The notes under the pieces were generated by a model. That model made no database searches. It saw nothing but the letters and a program-made list of their open reading frames with translations, and was not told the DNA's origin. A stretch of 48,133 nucleotides of DNA from Bacillota bacterium (GTDB taxonomy: Bacteria; Bacillota; Clostridia; Oscillospirales; Oscillospiraceae), in assembly GCA_029003235.1 (NCBI GenBank), contig JAQYBZ010000017.1, positions 1-48,133 on the forward strand. Direction: 5' to 3'. Below are positions 19,383-27,968 of the stretch, piece after piece. Within the stretch, counting starts at the first letter, position 1. Every line of letters starts with the position of its first letter. A program made the position numbers and the translations under genes.

Positions 19383-20196
19383 ACCGGCCATCGTTTCCGT
19401 GGGTTTGTCGCTGCTGCTTCTGGCGGGCTGTGCAATCAGTCCTGCACTGTATGCGCAGCAGTCCGTGGAGCGCCAGACCATTTCCGCCACCCGACAGACC
19501 GTTGGGGAGGCGACACAGACGGAGGAACTTACGTCTGCCGAAGAAACCACGCGCCCACCGGAAACCGCACCGGAGATGACGCAGGCGGCGCTGTCCTCCC
19601 CGGAGGACGCCTTTTCCTACTGCGGTCTGGTAGACCTGTTTTCCGTGGACGACAGCTTTTTCCTCGATCAGAAATATGCCACCGAGGACAACTTTACCGG
19701 GGTGGCGCATTATGACCGCACTTTGTGTCTGGTGCAGAAGGACATTCTGCCCATGCTCATCCGCGCCAACGACGCGGCCAAGGCTTACGGCTACCGCATC
19801 AAGATCTGGGACGCCTACCGTCCCATCTCCGTACAGCAGGCGCTGTCGGACAGTGCGCCGCCGGAGCTGCAGGCCTATGTGCCGGGGCCGTCGCCCTATT
19901 CCATGCACGCCCGGGGCATTACCGTAGACGTTACCCTGTGCGACCCATGGGGCAACAATCTGGATATGCCCACGGATTTCGACGATTTTTCCCCGGCAGC
20001 TCACCGGGATTACGGCGGCGCGACCCAGACCCAGATAGACAACCGGGAGCTGCTGATCTCCATTATGACCGACGCCGGTTTTACGGTCTCCGGTCTGGAA
20101 TGGTGGCATTTTGACGGCCCCAACCGGGACAATTATGAGATTCTGGACGTCTCCTTCGGTGAATTTGAGGCGGCCAGAGACGCGGCAGAGGATTAA
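19372..20196 (+). CDS. M15D D-alanyl-D-alanine dipeptidase (VanX/DdpX family) with a lipoprotein signal
   Basis: It has the lipobox LLLLAGC, the SxHxxGxAxD motif (YSMHARGITVD) and EWWHF (catalytic Glu plus zinc His). It overlaps the galE 3' end by 11 nt. Confidence 0.85.
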   Translation: MKHKPAIVSVGLSLLLLAGCAISPALYAQQSVERQTISATRQTVGEATQTEELTSAEETTRPPETAPEMTQAALSSPEDAFSYCGLVDLFSVDDSFFLDQKYATEDNFTGVAHYDRTLCLVQKDILPMLIRANDAAKAYGYRIKIWDAYRPISVQQALSDSAPPELQAYVPGPSPYSMHARGITVDVTLCDPWGNNLDMPTDFDDFSPAAHRDYGGATQTQIDNRELLISIMTDAGFTVSGLEWWHFDGPNRDNYEILDVSFGEFEAARDAAED

Positions 20197-20201
20197 AAAC
20201 T

Positions 20202-20251
20202 ACACAGCTTCGGCAAGCGGGCGTTCCCGTTTTGCCGGGGCTGTGTTTTTT
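20202..20251 (+). terminator. Rho-independent terminator after the dipeptidase gene
   Basis: The outer stem is ACACAGC (20202-20208) with GCTGTGT (20240-20246), with an inner CGGCAA/TTGCCG helix and a following T-run. Confidence 0.65.
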
Positions 20252-20286
20252 GTGCAAAATCTGGGATACTAGAACATGGAAAGCCC

Positions 20287-20315
20287 TTGACAAATACCCC
20301 GTGGGGGTATATAAT
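20287..20315 (+). promoter_or_regulatory. cop operon promoter with an embedded CsoR operator
   Basis: TTGACA (20287-20292), a 17-nt spacer, then TATAAT (20310-20315). The spacer is the perfect palindrome ATACCCC-GTG-GGGGTAT (20294-20310), the GC-rich pseudo-palindrome type bound by CsoR. Confidence 0.7.
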
Positions 20316-20383
20316 GGGGCCGCGATAAGACAATACTGGAGCGCTGCGGTTTGCAGGCGCAGACCGAGAGGAGGAGACGGAAT

Positions 20384-22612
20384 ATGCGGCAGGAGGTTTA
20401 CGACATCGGCGGGATGCACTGTGCTGCCTGTTCCAGCGCCATCGAACGGGTGACGCGGAAGCTGCCGGGTGTGCAGACCAGTGAGGTGAATCTGCCCATG
20501 AACCGGCTGACCATCTGCTACGACGAAAATCAGTGTTCGCCGGAAAGAATCGTGGAAAAAATCGAAAAAGCGGGATTTACCGCCAGCCGCCACATAAAGC
20601 AGGAGGAAAGTACCCCGTCTGCGCGGGAAAAAGAGGGACAGATCGGACAAAAAGCCTCCCTTATCGTCTCTTTATGTTTTGCGGCGGCGCTGCTGTTTGT
20701 GTCTATGGGAACCATGCTGTTTCCGTCCCTGCCCATGCCGGACATTATTTCCATGGACACCCATCCGTACAACTACGCGCTGCTGCAGCTTTTACTGGCG
20801 GCGCCGGTGCTGGTGCTGGGGCGGCGCTATTTTATCAGCGGTTTTCGCTCCCTGTTCCATGGGACGCCCAATATGGATACGCTTGTGGCGCTGAGCGCGT
20901 CGGCTTCTGTGCTGTACAGTCTGGTCATGACCTTTCTCCTTGCGGACGATCCCCACAACGTCCACAATCTGTACTATGAATCCGCTGCCGTGGTGGTGGC
21001 GCTGATCTCCGTAGGTAAGTATCTGGAGCAGAGAAGCCAGGAGAAGACCCGGGACGCCATCACAAGGCTGCTGAAGCTGACGCCGGATACGGCGATTCTG
21101 GTGGATGAAAACGGCCAGTGGGAGGTGCCCACACAGAAACTGAAGGCCGGGGACACGGTGCTGGTAAAGCCCGGCGCCCGTATTCCGCTGGACGGCACGG
21201 TGATCCGGGGAACCGGCAGTGCCGACGAATCCATGCTCACCGGCGAGAGTTTGCCCGTGGACAAGGCGCCGGGCAGCGAGGTCATCGGCGGCAGCGTTTC
21301 GGTCAGCGGCGCTTTGTATGTGCAGGTCACCCGCACGGGAGAGGACACTACCCTGTCCCAAATTATTCGCTTTGTGGAGGACGCCCAGGGCAAAAAAGCG
21401 CCCATCGCCAAGGCGGTTGACAAGGTGGCCGGTGTATTTGTGCCGGCGGTGCTGGCTGTGGCGGTACTGGCGGCAGTGATCTGGCTGCTTGCCGGCGCAG
21501 AGCTGGGCTTTGCGGTGAAGATCTTCACCTGCGTGCTGGTCATTGCCTGCCCCTGCGCCATGGGTCTGGCAACACCTACGGCCATTATTGTGGGCACGGG
21601 AAAGGGCGCGTCTCAGGGAATCCTGATCCGCAGCGGCGAGGCGCTGGAGATCGCCCACAAGACTTCCGTGGTGATCTTTGACAAAACCGGCACCTTGACT
21701 GAGGGAAAGCCGCAGGTGACGGACGTGGCCGCAGACGACGAGACGGCGCTGTTTCAGGCAGCCTATGCGCTGGAGGCTCTGTCGGATCACCCGGTGGCGG
21801 CTGCCATCTGCAGCGCTGCCACGGACAGGGGCGTGAGCGCTTCTCCGGTGCAGGCGCTGGAAAACGTCCCCGGCAGGGGCATCCGGGGCAGTACCCCGGA
21901 GGGCGATGCGCTGCTGGGGGGCAATGAAGCCTTTATGCGGGAGAATCAGATCGACACGTCCCGGCTGACGCAGGAGCTATCTGCGCTGCAAAAGCAGGGA
22001 AAGACGGTTCTGCTCTTTGCCCGCAACGGGCAGGTGCTGGGACTTCTGGCCGTAGCCGACCGCATACGGGACAACGCCGCACAGGCGGTGGCGGCCTTAA
22101 AAGAAATGAAGATCAAAACCGTGCTGCTGACCGGCGACCACCGCGCCGCCGCCGAGGACATCGGCGCCCGTGCCGGGGTGGACGAGGTGGTAGCGCAGGT
22201 GCTTCCCACGGAAAAAGCGGCGGTGGTGCAGCGCTATCAGGCGCAGGGCGCCACGGTCATGATGGTGGGCGACGGCATTAACGACGCCCCGGCGCTGGTG
22301 CAGGCCGACGTGGGCTGCGCCATCGGAAACGGCAGCGACATTGCCATTGACGCGGCGGACGTGGTGCTCATGCGCAGCGATCCCATGGACGTCAGCCGCG
22401 CCGTCCGGCTGAGCCGGTTGACCATCCGCAATATCCACCAGAATCTGTTCTGGGCGTTCTGCTATAACACACTGGGTATCCCCATTGCCGCCGGGGTGCT
22501 GTATCCGTCGCTGCATCTGCTGCTATCGCCCATGATCGGCGGCCTTGCCATGAGCCTGAGTTCTCTGTTTGTCGTGACCAATGCACTGAGATTGCGGGGG
22601 AAGAAGCTATGA
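20384..22612 (+). CDS. copA: Copper-translocating P1B-type ATPase
   Basis: ATG at 20384 follows GAGGAGGAG. It has an N-terminal HMA domain (GMHCAACSSAIE), TGES, the CPC motif (ACPCAMGLATP), DKTGTLT and GDGINDAPAL. Confidence 0.95.
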   Translation: MRQEVYDIGGMHCAACSSAIERVTRKLPGVQTSEVNLPMNRLTICYDENQCSPERIVEKIEKAGFTASRHIKQEESTPSAREKEGQIGQKASLIVSLCFAAALLFVSMGTMLFPSLPMPDIISMDTHPYNYALLQLLLAAPVLVLGRRYFISGFRSLFHGTPNMDTLVALSASASVLYSLVMTFLLADDPHNVHNLYYESAAVVVALISVGKYLEQRSQEKTRDAITRLLKLTPDTAILVDENGQWEVPTQKLKAGDTVLVKPGARIPLDGTVIRGTGSADESMLTGESLPVDKAPGSEVIGGSVSVSGALYVQVTRTGEDTTLSQIIRFVEDAQGKKAPIAKAVDKVAGVFVPAVLAVAVLAAVIWLLAGAELGFAVKIFTCVLVIACPCAMGLATPTAIIVGTGKGASQGILIRSGEALEIAHKTSVVIFDKTGTLTEGKPQVTDVAADDETALFQAAYALEALSDHPVAAAICSAATDRGVSASPVQALENVPGRGIRGSTPEGDALLGGNEAFMRENQIDTSRLTQELSALQKQGKTVLLFARNGQVLGLLAVADRIRDNAAQAVAALKEMKIKTVLLTGDHRAAAEDIGARAGVDEVVAQVLPTEKAAVVQRYQAQGATVMMVGDGINDAPALVQADVGCAIGNGSDIAIDAADVVLMRSDPMDVSRAVRLSRLTIRNIHQNLFWAFCYNTLGIPIAAGVLYPSLHLLLSPMIGGLAMSLSSLFVVTNALRLRGKKL

Positions 22613-22902
22613 CCCAATGTTGTCAGAAGAAAAAACACCGCCAGAGTCAGGAGCTTCATGCCCTGAAAAACCGCCTGCGCCGTATTGAGGGGCAGGTGCG
22701 AGGACTTCAGACCATGCTGGACGAGGACGCCTACTGCACGGACATTCTCACCCAGGTCAGCGCCGTACAGGCGGCGCTTAACGCATTCAACAAAGAGCTG
22801 CTGGCGAATCATATCCGTACCTGTGTCGTCACCGGTATCCGTAACGGAGACGACGAGACGGTGACTGAACTGGTAAAGACCGTGCAGAAGCTGATGAAGT
22901 AG
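22609..22902 (+). CDS. csoR: CsoR-family copper-sensing transcriptional repressor
   Basis: LKNRLRRIEGQVRGLQTML and the x-C-H-C ligand pattern (AYCTDILTQ ... NHIRTC). It overlaps the copA stop (ATGA). Confidence 0.9.
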   Translation: MTQCCQKKKHRQSQELHALKNRLRRIEGQVRGLQTMLDEDAYCTDILTQVSAVQAALNAFNKELLANHIRTCVVTGIRNGDDETVTELVKTVQKLMK

Positions 22903-22954
22903 AAATCAGGCGCGGATCTGGGCGCCGTGAAATAACAGAAAGGAAAGGACAATT

Positions 22955-23140
22955 ATGACCACATTGAACGTACCGGAGATGCACTGCCAGATGTGCGTTG
23001 CGCGGATCACCAAGGCCATGGAAGAGGCCAAAATCGCCTGTCGGGTGGATCTGCAGGCCAAGACCGTGGAAGTGGAAACCTCCCGGATGGAGGATGCCAT
23101 CGCGGTGCTGGACGATCTGGGATTTGATGCCCGACGCTGA
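22955..23140 (+). CDS. copZ: Copper chaperone, HMA domain
   Basis: It is 61 aa with MxCxxC (EMHCQMCVARI) and a ferredoxin-like length. Confidence 0.9.
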   Translation: MTTLNVPEMHCQMCVARITKAMEEAKIACRVDLQAKTVEVETSRMEDAIAVLDDLGFDARR

Positions 23141-23158
23141 GCGCAACAGAAGAGAATA

Positions 23159-23196
23159 ACACGCGGCGCTGACAGATTTCAGCGCCGCGTGTTTTC
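23159..23196. terminator. Bidirectional terminator between the cop and feo operons
   Basis: ACACGCGGCGCTGA (23159-23172), a 6-nt loop, TCAGCGCCGCGTGT (23179-23192), then a T-run. Confidence 0.75.
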
Positions 23197-23340
23197 GTCG
23201 GTTTGTTTTCGTTTTTCACAGCAATTTTTACCGCAGTTCTCACAGCAGCCGGAGCAGCCCTTGTGGCGCAGGCAGTAGCGCACGGCCAGCACGGCGGCTG
23301 CGGCGATGAGCGCCAGCAGCAGATAATCCAGCCAGCTCAC
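23179..23340 (-). CDS. FeoB-associated Cys-rich membrane protein
   Basis: The GTG start at 23340 overlaps the feoB stop (GTGA). The 53-aa product has one TM helix (WLDYLLLALIAAAAVLAV) followed by CSGCCENCGKNCC. Confidence 0.75.
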   Translation of the reverse strand: MSWLDYLLLALIAAAAVLAVRYCLRHKGCSGCCENCGKNCCEKRKQTDENTRR

Positions 23341-25346
23341 ACCAGCAGTCCTCCAATCTGATAGGCGGCAAAGGCCACGACCCAGGCCACACAGCACTGC
23401 AGCACCACCACGCCCACCGTTTGCAGGCGGGAGCCAAGCTCCCGGCGGATGGTGGCGACGGCTGCCACACAGGGGGTATAGAGCAGGGTAAAGAGCAAAA
23501 AGCTCACGGCGGACAGGGGCGTGAACAGACTGCCCAGAGCGCCGCTGAGAGCCGCCGTATTGGTACCCAGCAGCACAGCCAGCGTACTGACCACGGCCTC
23601 TTTTGCCGTAAAGCCGGACACCAGCGCCGTGACCACCCGCCAGTCCCCGAAGCCCAGCGGCCGGAAAATGGGAGCGGCCAACTGGCCGATGAGCGCCAGC
23701 AGGCTGTCGGCGGAATTCTCCACAACGTTCAGGCGCAGATCAAAGGTCTGCAGGAACCAAATGATGATGGAGGCCAGAAAGATCACTGTAAATGCCCGCT
23801 GCAAAAAGTCCTTGGACTTTTCCCACAGGAGCAGGCCTACGGTCTTGATAGACGGCAGACGGTAGTTTGGCAGCTCCATGACAAAGGGGACGGGCTTGCC
23901 GCGAAAGGCTGTGTGCTTCAGCAGCAGAGCGACCAGAATCCCCAGCACAATGCCGCTGACGTACAGCAGGGTCATGACCAGAGCGGCATGATGCGGGAAA
24001 AAGGCTGCGGAAAAAACGGCGTAAATGGGGATTTTTGCCGAGCAGCTCATATAGGGGGTCAGGAGAATGGTCATCTTCCGGTCACGGTCGGAAGAGAGGG
24101 TTCGGGTGGCCATAATGGCGGGCACGGAGCAGCCAAAGCCGATCAGCATGGGTACGAAGCTGCGCCCGGACAGACCGATGCGCCGCAGCGCTTTGTCCAT
24201 AACAAAGGCCACGCGCGCCATATAACCCGTATCCTCCAGAATGGACAGGAAGAAGAACAGCACCACAATAATGGGCAAAAAGCTCAGAACGCTGCCGATG
24301 CCGGAGAAAATGCCGTCGATGATCAGGCTATGTACCACGGGGTTCAGGCCGTAGGCGGTCAGCGCCTGATCCACCACGGCGGACAGGGAGTTGATGCCCA
24401 GACTGAGAAGATCGGACAGGGCGCTGCCGATGACGTCGAAGGTCAGCCAGAAAGCCAGCATCATAATGACCAGAAATACGGGAATGGCCGTGTATTTTCC
24501 CGTCAGGATGCGGTCGATTTTCAGACTGCGCTCCCGTTCCCGGCTTTCATGACACTTCTTTACCGACTGTGCCACCACGCCCTCAATGAAAGTATAGCGC
24601 ATATCCGCCAGCGCTGCGTTGCGGTCCAGAGAGGTTTCGCTCTCCATCTCAATGACACAGTGCTCCAGCAGTTCTTTCTCGTTGTCATCCAGCTCCAGCT
24701 TTTCCGCCAGCTCGCTGTCGCCTTCGATGAGTTTGGTGGCGCAGAACCGGCAGGGAAGCCCCGCGTTATCCGCATGATCCTGAATCAGGTGGACGACGGC
24801 GTGGAGACACCGGTGTACCGGACTGTCCTCGGAGCAGAAATCCCACCGGGCGGGAAGCTGCCGCCGCTTGGCGGTTTCAATGGCCTTGTCCGCCAGCTCG
24901 CTGATGCCATCGCCCTTGGCGGCGGAGATGGGGATGACGGGTACGCCAAGCTGATCAGACAGCTTTTTTGTATCGATGGAGCCGCCGTTGGCGCGCACCT
25001 CATCCATCATGTTCAGCGCCACAACCATGGGCACCCTCAGCTCCAGAAGCTGCAAGGTCAGATAGAGGTTGCGCTCAATGTTGGTGGCGTCGATGATGTT
25101 GATGATGCCGTCGGGGTGATTGTTGAGAATAAAGTCCCGGGATACGATTTCCTCCTGCGTATAGGGGCGGATGGAGTAGATGCCGGGCAGATCCACCACA
25201 GAGCAGTCTTTGGCGTTCTTCATGACGCCGATTTTCTGATCCACGGTAACGCCGGGGAAATTTCCCACATGCTGGTTGGAGCCGGTGAGGGCGTTGAAAA
25301 GGGTGGTTTTGCCGCAGTTCTGATTCCCGGCCAGTGCAAAGATCAT
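23337..25346 (-). CDS. feoB: Ferrous iron transport protein B
   Basis: An N-terminal G-domain (ALAGNQNCGKTTLFNALTG, DLPGIYS) is followed by a polytopic membrane domain. Confidence 0.95.
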   Translation of the reverse strand: MIFALAGNQNCGKTTLFNALTGSNQHVGNFPGVTVDQKIGVMKNAKDCSVVDLPGIYSIRPYTQEEIVSRDFILNNHPDGIINIIDATNIERNLYLTLQLLELRVPMVVALNMMDEVRANGGSIDTKKLSDQLGVPVIPISAAKGDGISELADKAIETAKRRQLPARWDFCSEDSPVHRCLHAVVHLIQDHADNAGLPCRFCATKLIEGDSELAEKLELDDNEKELLEHCVIEMESETSLDRNAALADMRYTFIEGVVAQSVKKCHESRERERSLKIDRILTGKYTAIPVFLVIMMLAFWLTFDVIGSALSDLLSLGINSLSAVVDQALTAYGLNPVVHSLIIDGIFSGIGSVLSFLPIIVVLFFFLSILEDTGYMARVAFVMDKALRRIGLSGRSFVPMLIGFGCSVPAIMATRTLSSDRDRKMTILLTPYMSCSAKIPIYAVFSAAFFPHHAALVMTLLYVSGIVLGILVALLLKHTAFRGKPVPFVMELPNYRLPSIKTVGLLLWEKSKDFLQRAFTVIFLASIIIWFLQTFDLRLNVVENSADSLLALIGQLAAPIFRPLGFGDWRVVTALVSGFTAKEAVVSTLAVLLGTNTAALSGALGSLFTPLSAVSFLLFTLLYTPCVAAVATIRRELGSRLQTVGVVVLQCCVAWVVAFAAYQIGGLLV

Positions 25347-25576
25347 AGGTCTGCCTCCTGTGCCAGTTGGATTTTCTGCGCGTCCTCCAGCCGGAGGGTC
25401 AGCTCATAGCCGCGCACCTGTATTTGAATGGGATCGCCCATGGGGGCGACCTTCTGCACCGTGACTGCGGTGTGGGGAATCAGCCCCATGTCCAGAAACC
25501 GCAGCCGCAGCGCACCCTCGCCGCCCACGGAGGAAATCCGCGCCGTCGCGCCTACGGGCAGTTGATCCAAAGTCAT
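25343..25576 (-). CDS. feoA: FeoA-family protein
   Basis: It is 77 aa with an SH3-like FeoA pattern (LDQLPVGATARI...LRLRFLDMGLIPHTAVTV...GDPIQIQVRGYELTLR) and overlaps the feoB start. Confidence 0.9.
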   Translation of the reverse strand: MTLDQLPVGATARISSVGGEGALRLRFLDMGLIPHTAVTVQKVAPMGDPIQIQVRGYELTLRLEDAQKIQLAQEADL

Positions 25577-25602
25577 TGTTCTCTCCTCCTTGCTCCCAGC
25601 AG

Positions 25603-25621
25603 TTAGCTTAGCCTAATAGCA
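25603..25621 (-). promoter_or_regulatory. Candidate DtxR/IdeR-type iron box in the feoA leader
   Basis: TTAGCTTAGCCTAATAGCA matches the 19-bp IdeR/DtxR consensus TTAGGTTAGCCTAACCTAA at 14 of 19 positions (my hand alignment), including a perfect central TTAGCCTAA. It lies just downstream of the -10 box. Confidence 0.3.
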
Positions 25622-25626
25622 CGGTG

Positions 25627-25656
25627 AGTATAGCACGCGCCAGCGCCCTTTGTCAA
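25627..25656 (-). promoter_or_regulatory. feoAB promoter candidate
   Basis: On the minus strand: TTGACA (25656-25651), an 18-nt spacer, then an extended -10 TGcTATACT (25632-25627 for the hexamer). Confidence 0.5.
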
Positions 25657-25699
25657 CTGTTTCCGACCGGAACCGATGGGGTTCGGCAGCCGGCCTCGT

Positions 25700-26179
25700 T
25701 CAAAGGATCTGACGCCAGGCCTCCACCAGCCTGTCCAGCGACCAGACGGCGTTGGCCGGACTGGTGGAGGGAAGCTGTACGGCGCGAAGCCCGGTGTCTG
25801 GCAGGATGTATTTTTCATAATACCGCATGGCCGTGGCGCCGTTACAGAAAATGCGCCGCAGCCCGGTCTCGGCCAGAATGGGGCGGATGTCGTTGGGTAC
25901 CACCTGGCGGATGGAGCTGTCCTGAGAGCCGGTGATCTGGCACTGGCCGATCACGTCCCACAGCGCCAGATGGTTGGAGAGGATGAGCTGCTTCTTTTCC
26001 TCCACGCTCTGAGGCGCCCTCTGGCCGGTAACAGCGGCAATTACCTGCCAAAATCGGTTTTGGGGGTGGCCGTAGAAAAAGCAGGTCTGCCGCGAGGCCA
26101 CCGAGGGAAAGGAACCCAGAATCAGTACCGCTGAATCACGGTCGTACAGGGGCGGCAGGGGATGTACAATCACTTCCAT
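25700..26179 (-). CDS. DNA-deoxyinosine glycosylase (UDG superfamily, hypoxanthine-DNA glycosylase type)
   Basis: VLILGSFPSVASR, GHPQNRFW, ALWDV and LPSTSPANA are the characteristic motifs of this small UDG family. Confidence 0.8.
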   Translation of the reverse strand: MEVIVHPLPPLYDRDSAVLILGSFPSVASRQTCFFYGHPQNRFWQVIAAVTGQRAPQSVEEKKQLILSNHLALWDVIGQCQITGSQDSSIRQVVPNDIRPILAETGLRRIFCNGATAMRYYEKYILPDTGLRAVQLPSTSPANAVWSLDRLVEAWRQIL

Positions 26180-26875
26180 TTATCTCTCCTTCAGGGTACG
26201 AAGATACGTCTTCCGGTCTTCCGGGATCCGTCTGCTCTCCACGGCCTTTTGAATGGTTTTGTTGTGAACCCACTGCGGCAGCACATGGTTTTGCAGGTAG
26301 GGCAGGGCGGCGGCATACTGCTTGGCCAGAGCCGTGGCAAAATACCAGGCGATCATCATGTTTACATAATATTCCTCCGACTGAACTGCGGATACCCATT
26401 GCAGGTATTCCGGGCGGAAAAAGTCGTCCAGATACAGGTTCAGAAGCGTGCCCATGGCGAAACGGACGGTGTAGACCGCGCCGGAGTCCAGCCAGCGGCG
26501 GCACTGCTCCGGCAGTGCGGGGGGATGGGAGAGAAAGGCGCGGGGGCGAAGCAGGTCGCAGGTCGCCCAGTTGTCCACATAGGGCAAAAAGGCCTCCAGC
26601 GCCTGCACGGTTTGCCCGTAATCCTTACTCTGCGCCAAAAGCAGGCCGTGGAGATTGTTCTCGTCATAGTACCGGTGGGGAAGCACCTGCAAAAAGGCGT
26701 CGGCCTGGGGTGAGCCGGCCAGCTCCTTAGCCACCCGCCGCAGGGCGGGCATGCGAACGCCCAATACGGCGTCCGGGGGCACGGTGGGCATCAGACGGCA
26801 CTGAAAAGCACGGTATTCTCCATCTTGCAGGGCAAAAAGCCGGGCGCAAACGGCCTCTGTCGGGTTTGCGGGCAT
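26180..26875 (-). CDS. DNA alkylation repair protein (AlkD/HEAT-like repeat family)
   Basis: FQCRLMPTVPPDAVLGVRMPALRRVAKEL, ...YYDENNLHGLL..., WATCDLL and YVNMMIAWYFATAL resemble the DNA_alkylation family. Its stop abuts the downstream glycosylase start. Confidence 0.85.
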   Translation of the reverse strand: MPANPTEAVCARLFALQDGEYRAFQCRLMPTVPPDAVLGVRMPALRRVAKELAGSPQADAFLQVLPHRYYDENNLHGLLLAQSKDYGQTVQALEAFLPYVDNWATCDLLRPRAFLSHPPALPEQCRRWLDSGAVYTVRFAMGTLLNLYLDDFFRPEYLQWVSAVQSEEYYVNMMIAWYFATALAKQYAAALPYLQNHVLPQWVHNKTIQKAVESRRIPEDRKTYLRTLKER

Positions 26876-26996
26876 GGACTGTCCCTCCTTGGTGATGAAC
26901 TTTGGGGTGGATTCTTTTCCCTGTGATTATAGCATATTTCGTCTATACAGGTACGGAAAAATGTTGTATAATGCAAGAAAAACGCAGGAGGAACCT

Positions 26997-27968
26997 ATGC
27001 GTGTGGATTTTGCCCCCATGGAGGGCGTGACAGGGGCCGTTTACCGCCGGCTGCATCATGCCTGCTTTTCCGGGGTGGACAGATATTATATCCCTTTTCT
27101 TGCGCCTTCGGCGGACTTTCATTTTACGGGGAAGGTTCTGACCAGACTGGACGCCGCGCATCTGGCGGAGGTTCCCGCCGTGCCCCAGCTTTTGACCAGA
27201 AATGCCGCGGATTTTAACCGGGCGGCGCAAAAACTGGCAGAGCTGGGCTTCTGCGAGGTCAACCTCAATTTGGGCTGCCCCTCGGGAACGGTGGTGTCCA
27301 AGGGCAAAGGCGCGGGCTTTTTGGCTGATCCCGAGGCACTGGACGCCTTTTTGGAAGAAATTTTCCGCGCGCCGCCTCTGCCCATTTCCGTAAAAACGCG
27401 GCTGGGCGTGGAGCGCGCCGAGGAATTTCCCCGGCTGCTGGAGATCTATAACCGCTACCCCCTGCGGGAGCTGATCGTTCATCCCCGTACCCGCTCGGAG
27501 TTTTACCGGGGCGGCGTCCATATGGATCTGTTCGACTACGCGGCCAGGCACAGCCGGAATCGGCTGTGCTACAACGGCGATCTGGTGACGGCGGAGGATT
27601 GCAGGCGTATGGAGGCGGCCTATCCGGAGCTGAGCGGTCTGATGATCGGCAGAGGGCTTGCCGCCGACCCGGCGCTGGGAGAGAAGCTGCTGGGCGGCAG
27701 CATGGAGCGGGACAGGCTGCGCCGGTTCCACGACGGACTGTGTCAGTCCATGGCGGAAGCCTATGGAAGCTGGAGCGCCGTTCTGCCCCGGATGAAGGAG
27801 CAGTGGTTCTATTTGCTGCACAGCTTTGACGATACGGAAAAAGCGGCCAAAAAATTGCGAAAGGCCACCAAATGGCCCGTATTCTATGATGTTACCCGGG
27901 AAATCTTTGAGACGCTTCCTCTCCGGCAGGACGCACGGGGATTCTCTCAGGACGGAGGCAAGCTATGA
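26997..27968 (+). CDS. tRNA-dihydrouridine synthase (Dus family)
   Basis: ATG at 26997 follows AGGAGGAA. Motifs are FAPMEGVT, EVNLNLGCPSGTVVSKGKGAGFL (catalytic Cys) and HPRTR. Confidence 0.85.
   Translation: MRVDFAPMEGVTGAVYRRLHHACFSGVDRYYIPFLAPSADFHFTGKVLTRLDAAHLAEVPAVPQLLTRNAADFNRAAQKLAELGFCEVNLNLGCPSGTVVSKGKGAGFLADPEALDAFLEEIFRAPPLPISVKTRLGVERAEEFPRLLEIYNRYPLRELIVHPRTRSEFYRGGVHMDLFDYAARHSRNRLCYNGDLVTAEDCRRMEAAYPELSGLMIGRGLAADPALGEKLLGGSMERDRLRRFHDGLCQSMAEAYGSWSAVLPRMKEQWFYLLHSFDDTEKAAKKLRKATKWPVFYDVTREIFETLPLRQDARGFSQDGGKL

Noticed and set aside
23421-25409. A 662-aa plus-strand ORF antisense to feoB; also 32021..33325(+), 34165..34890(+), 43234..44040(+), 45130..45873(+) and 46284..47909(+).
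   Set aside because: These are shadow ORFs opposite clearly identified genes (feoB, BceB-like permease, ABC ATPase, DUF3810, rluD, glyQS). None has an RBS or motif.
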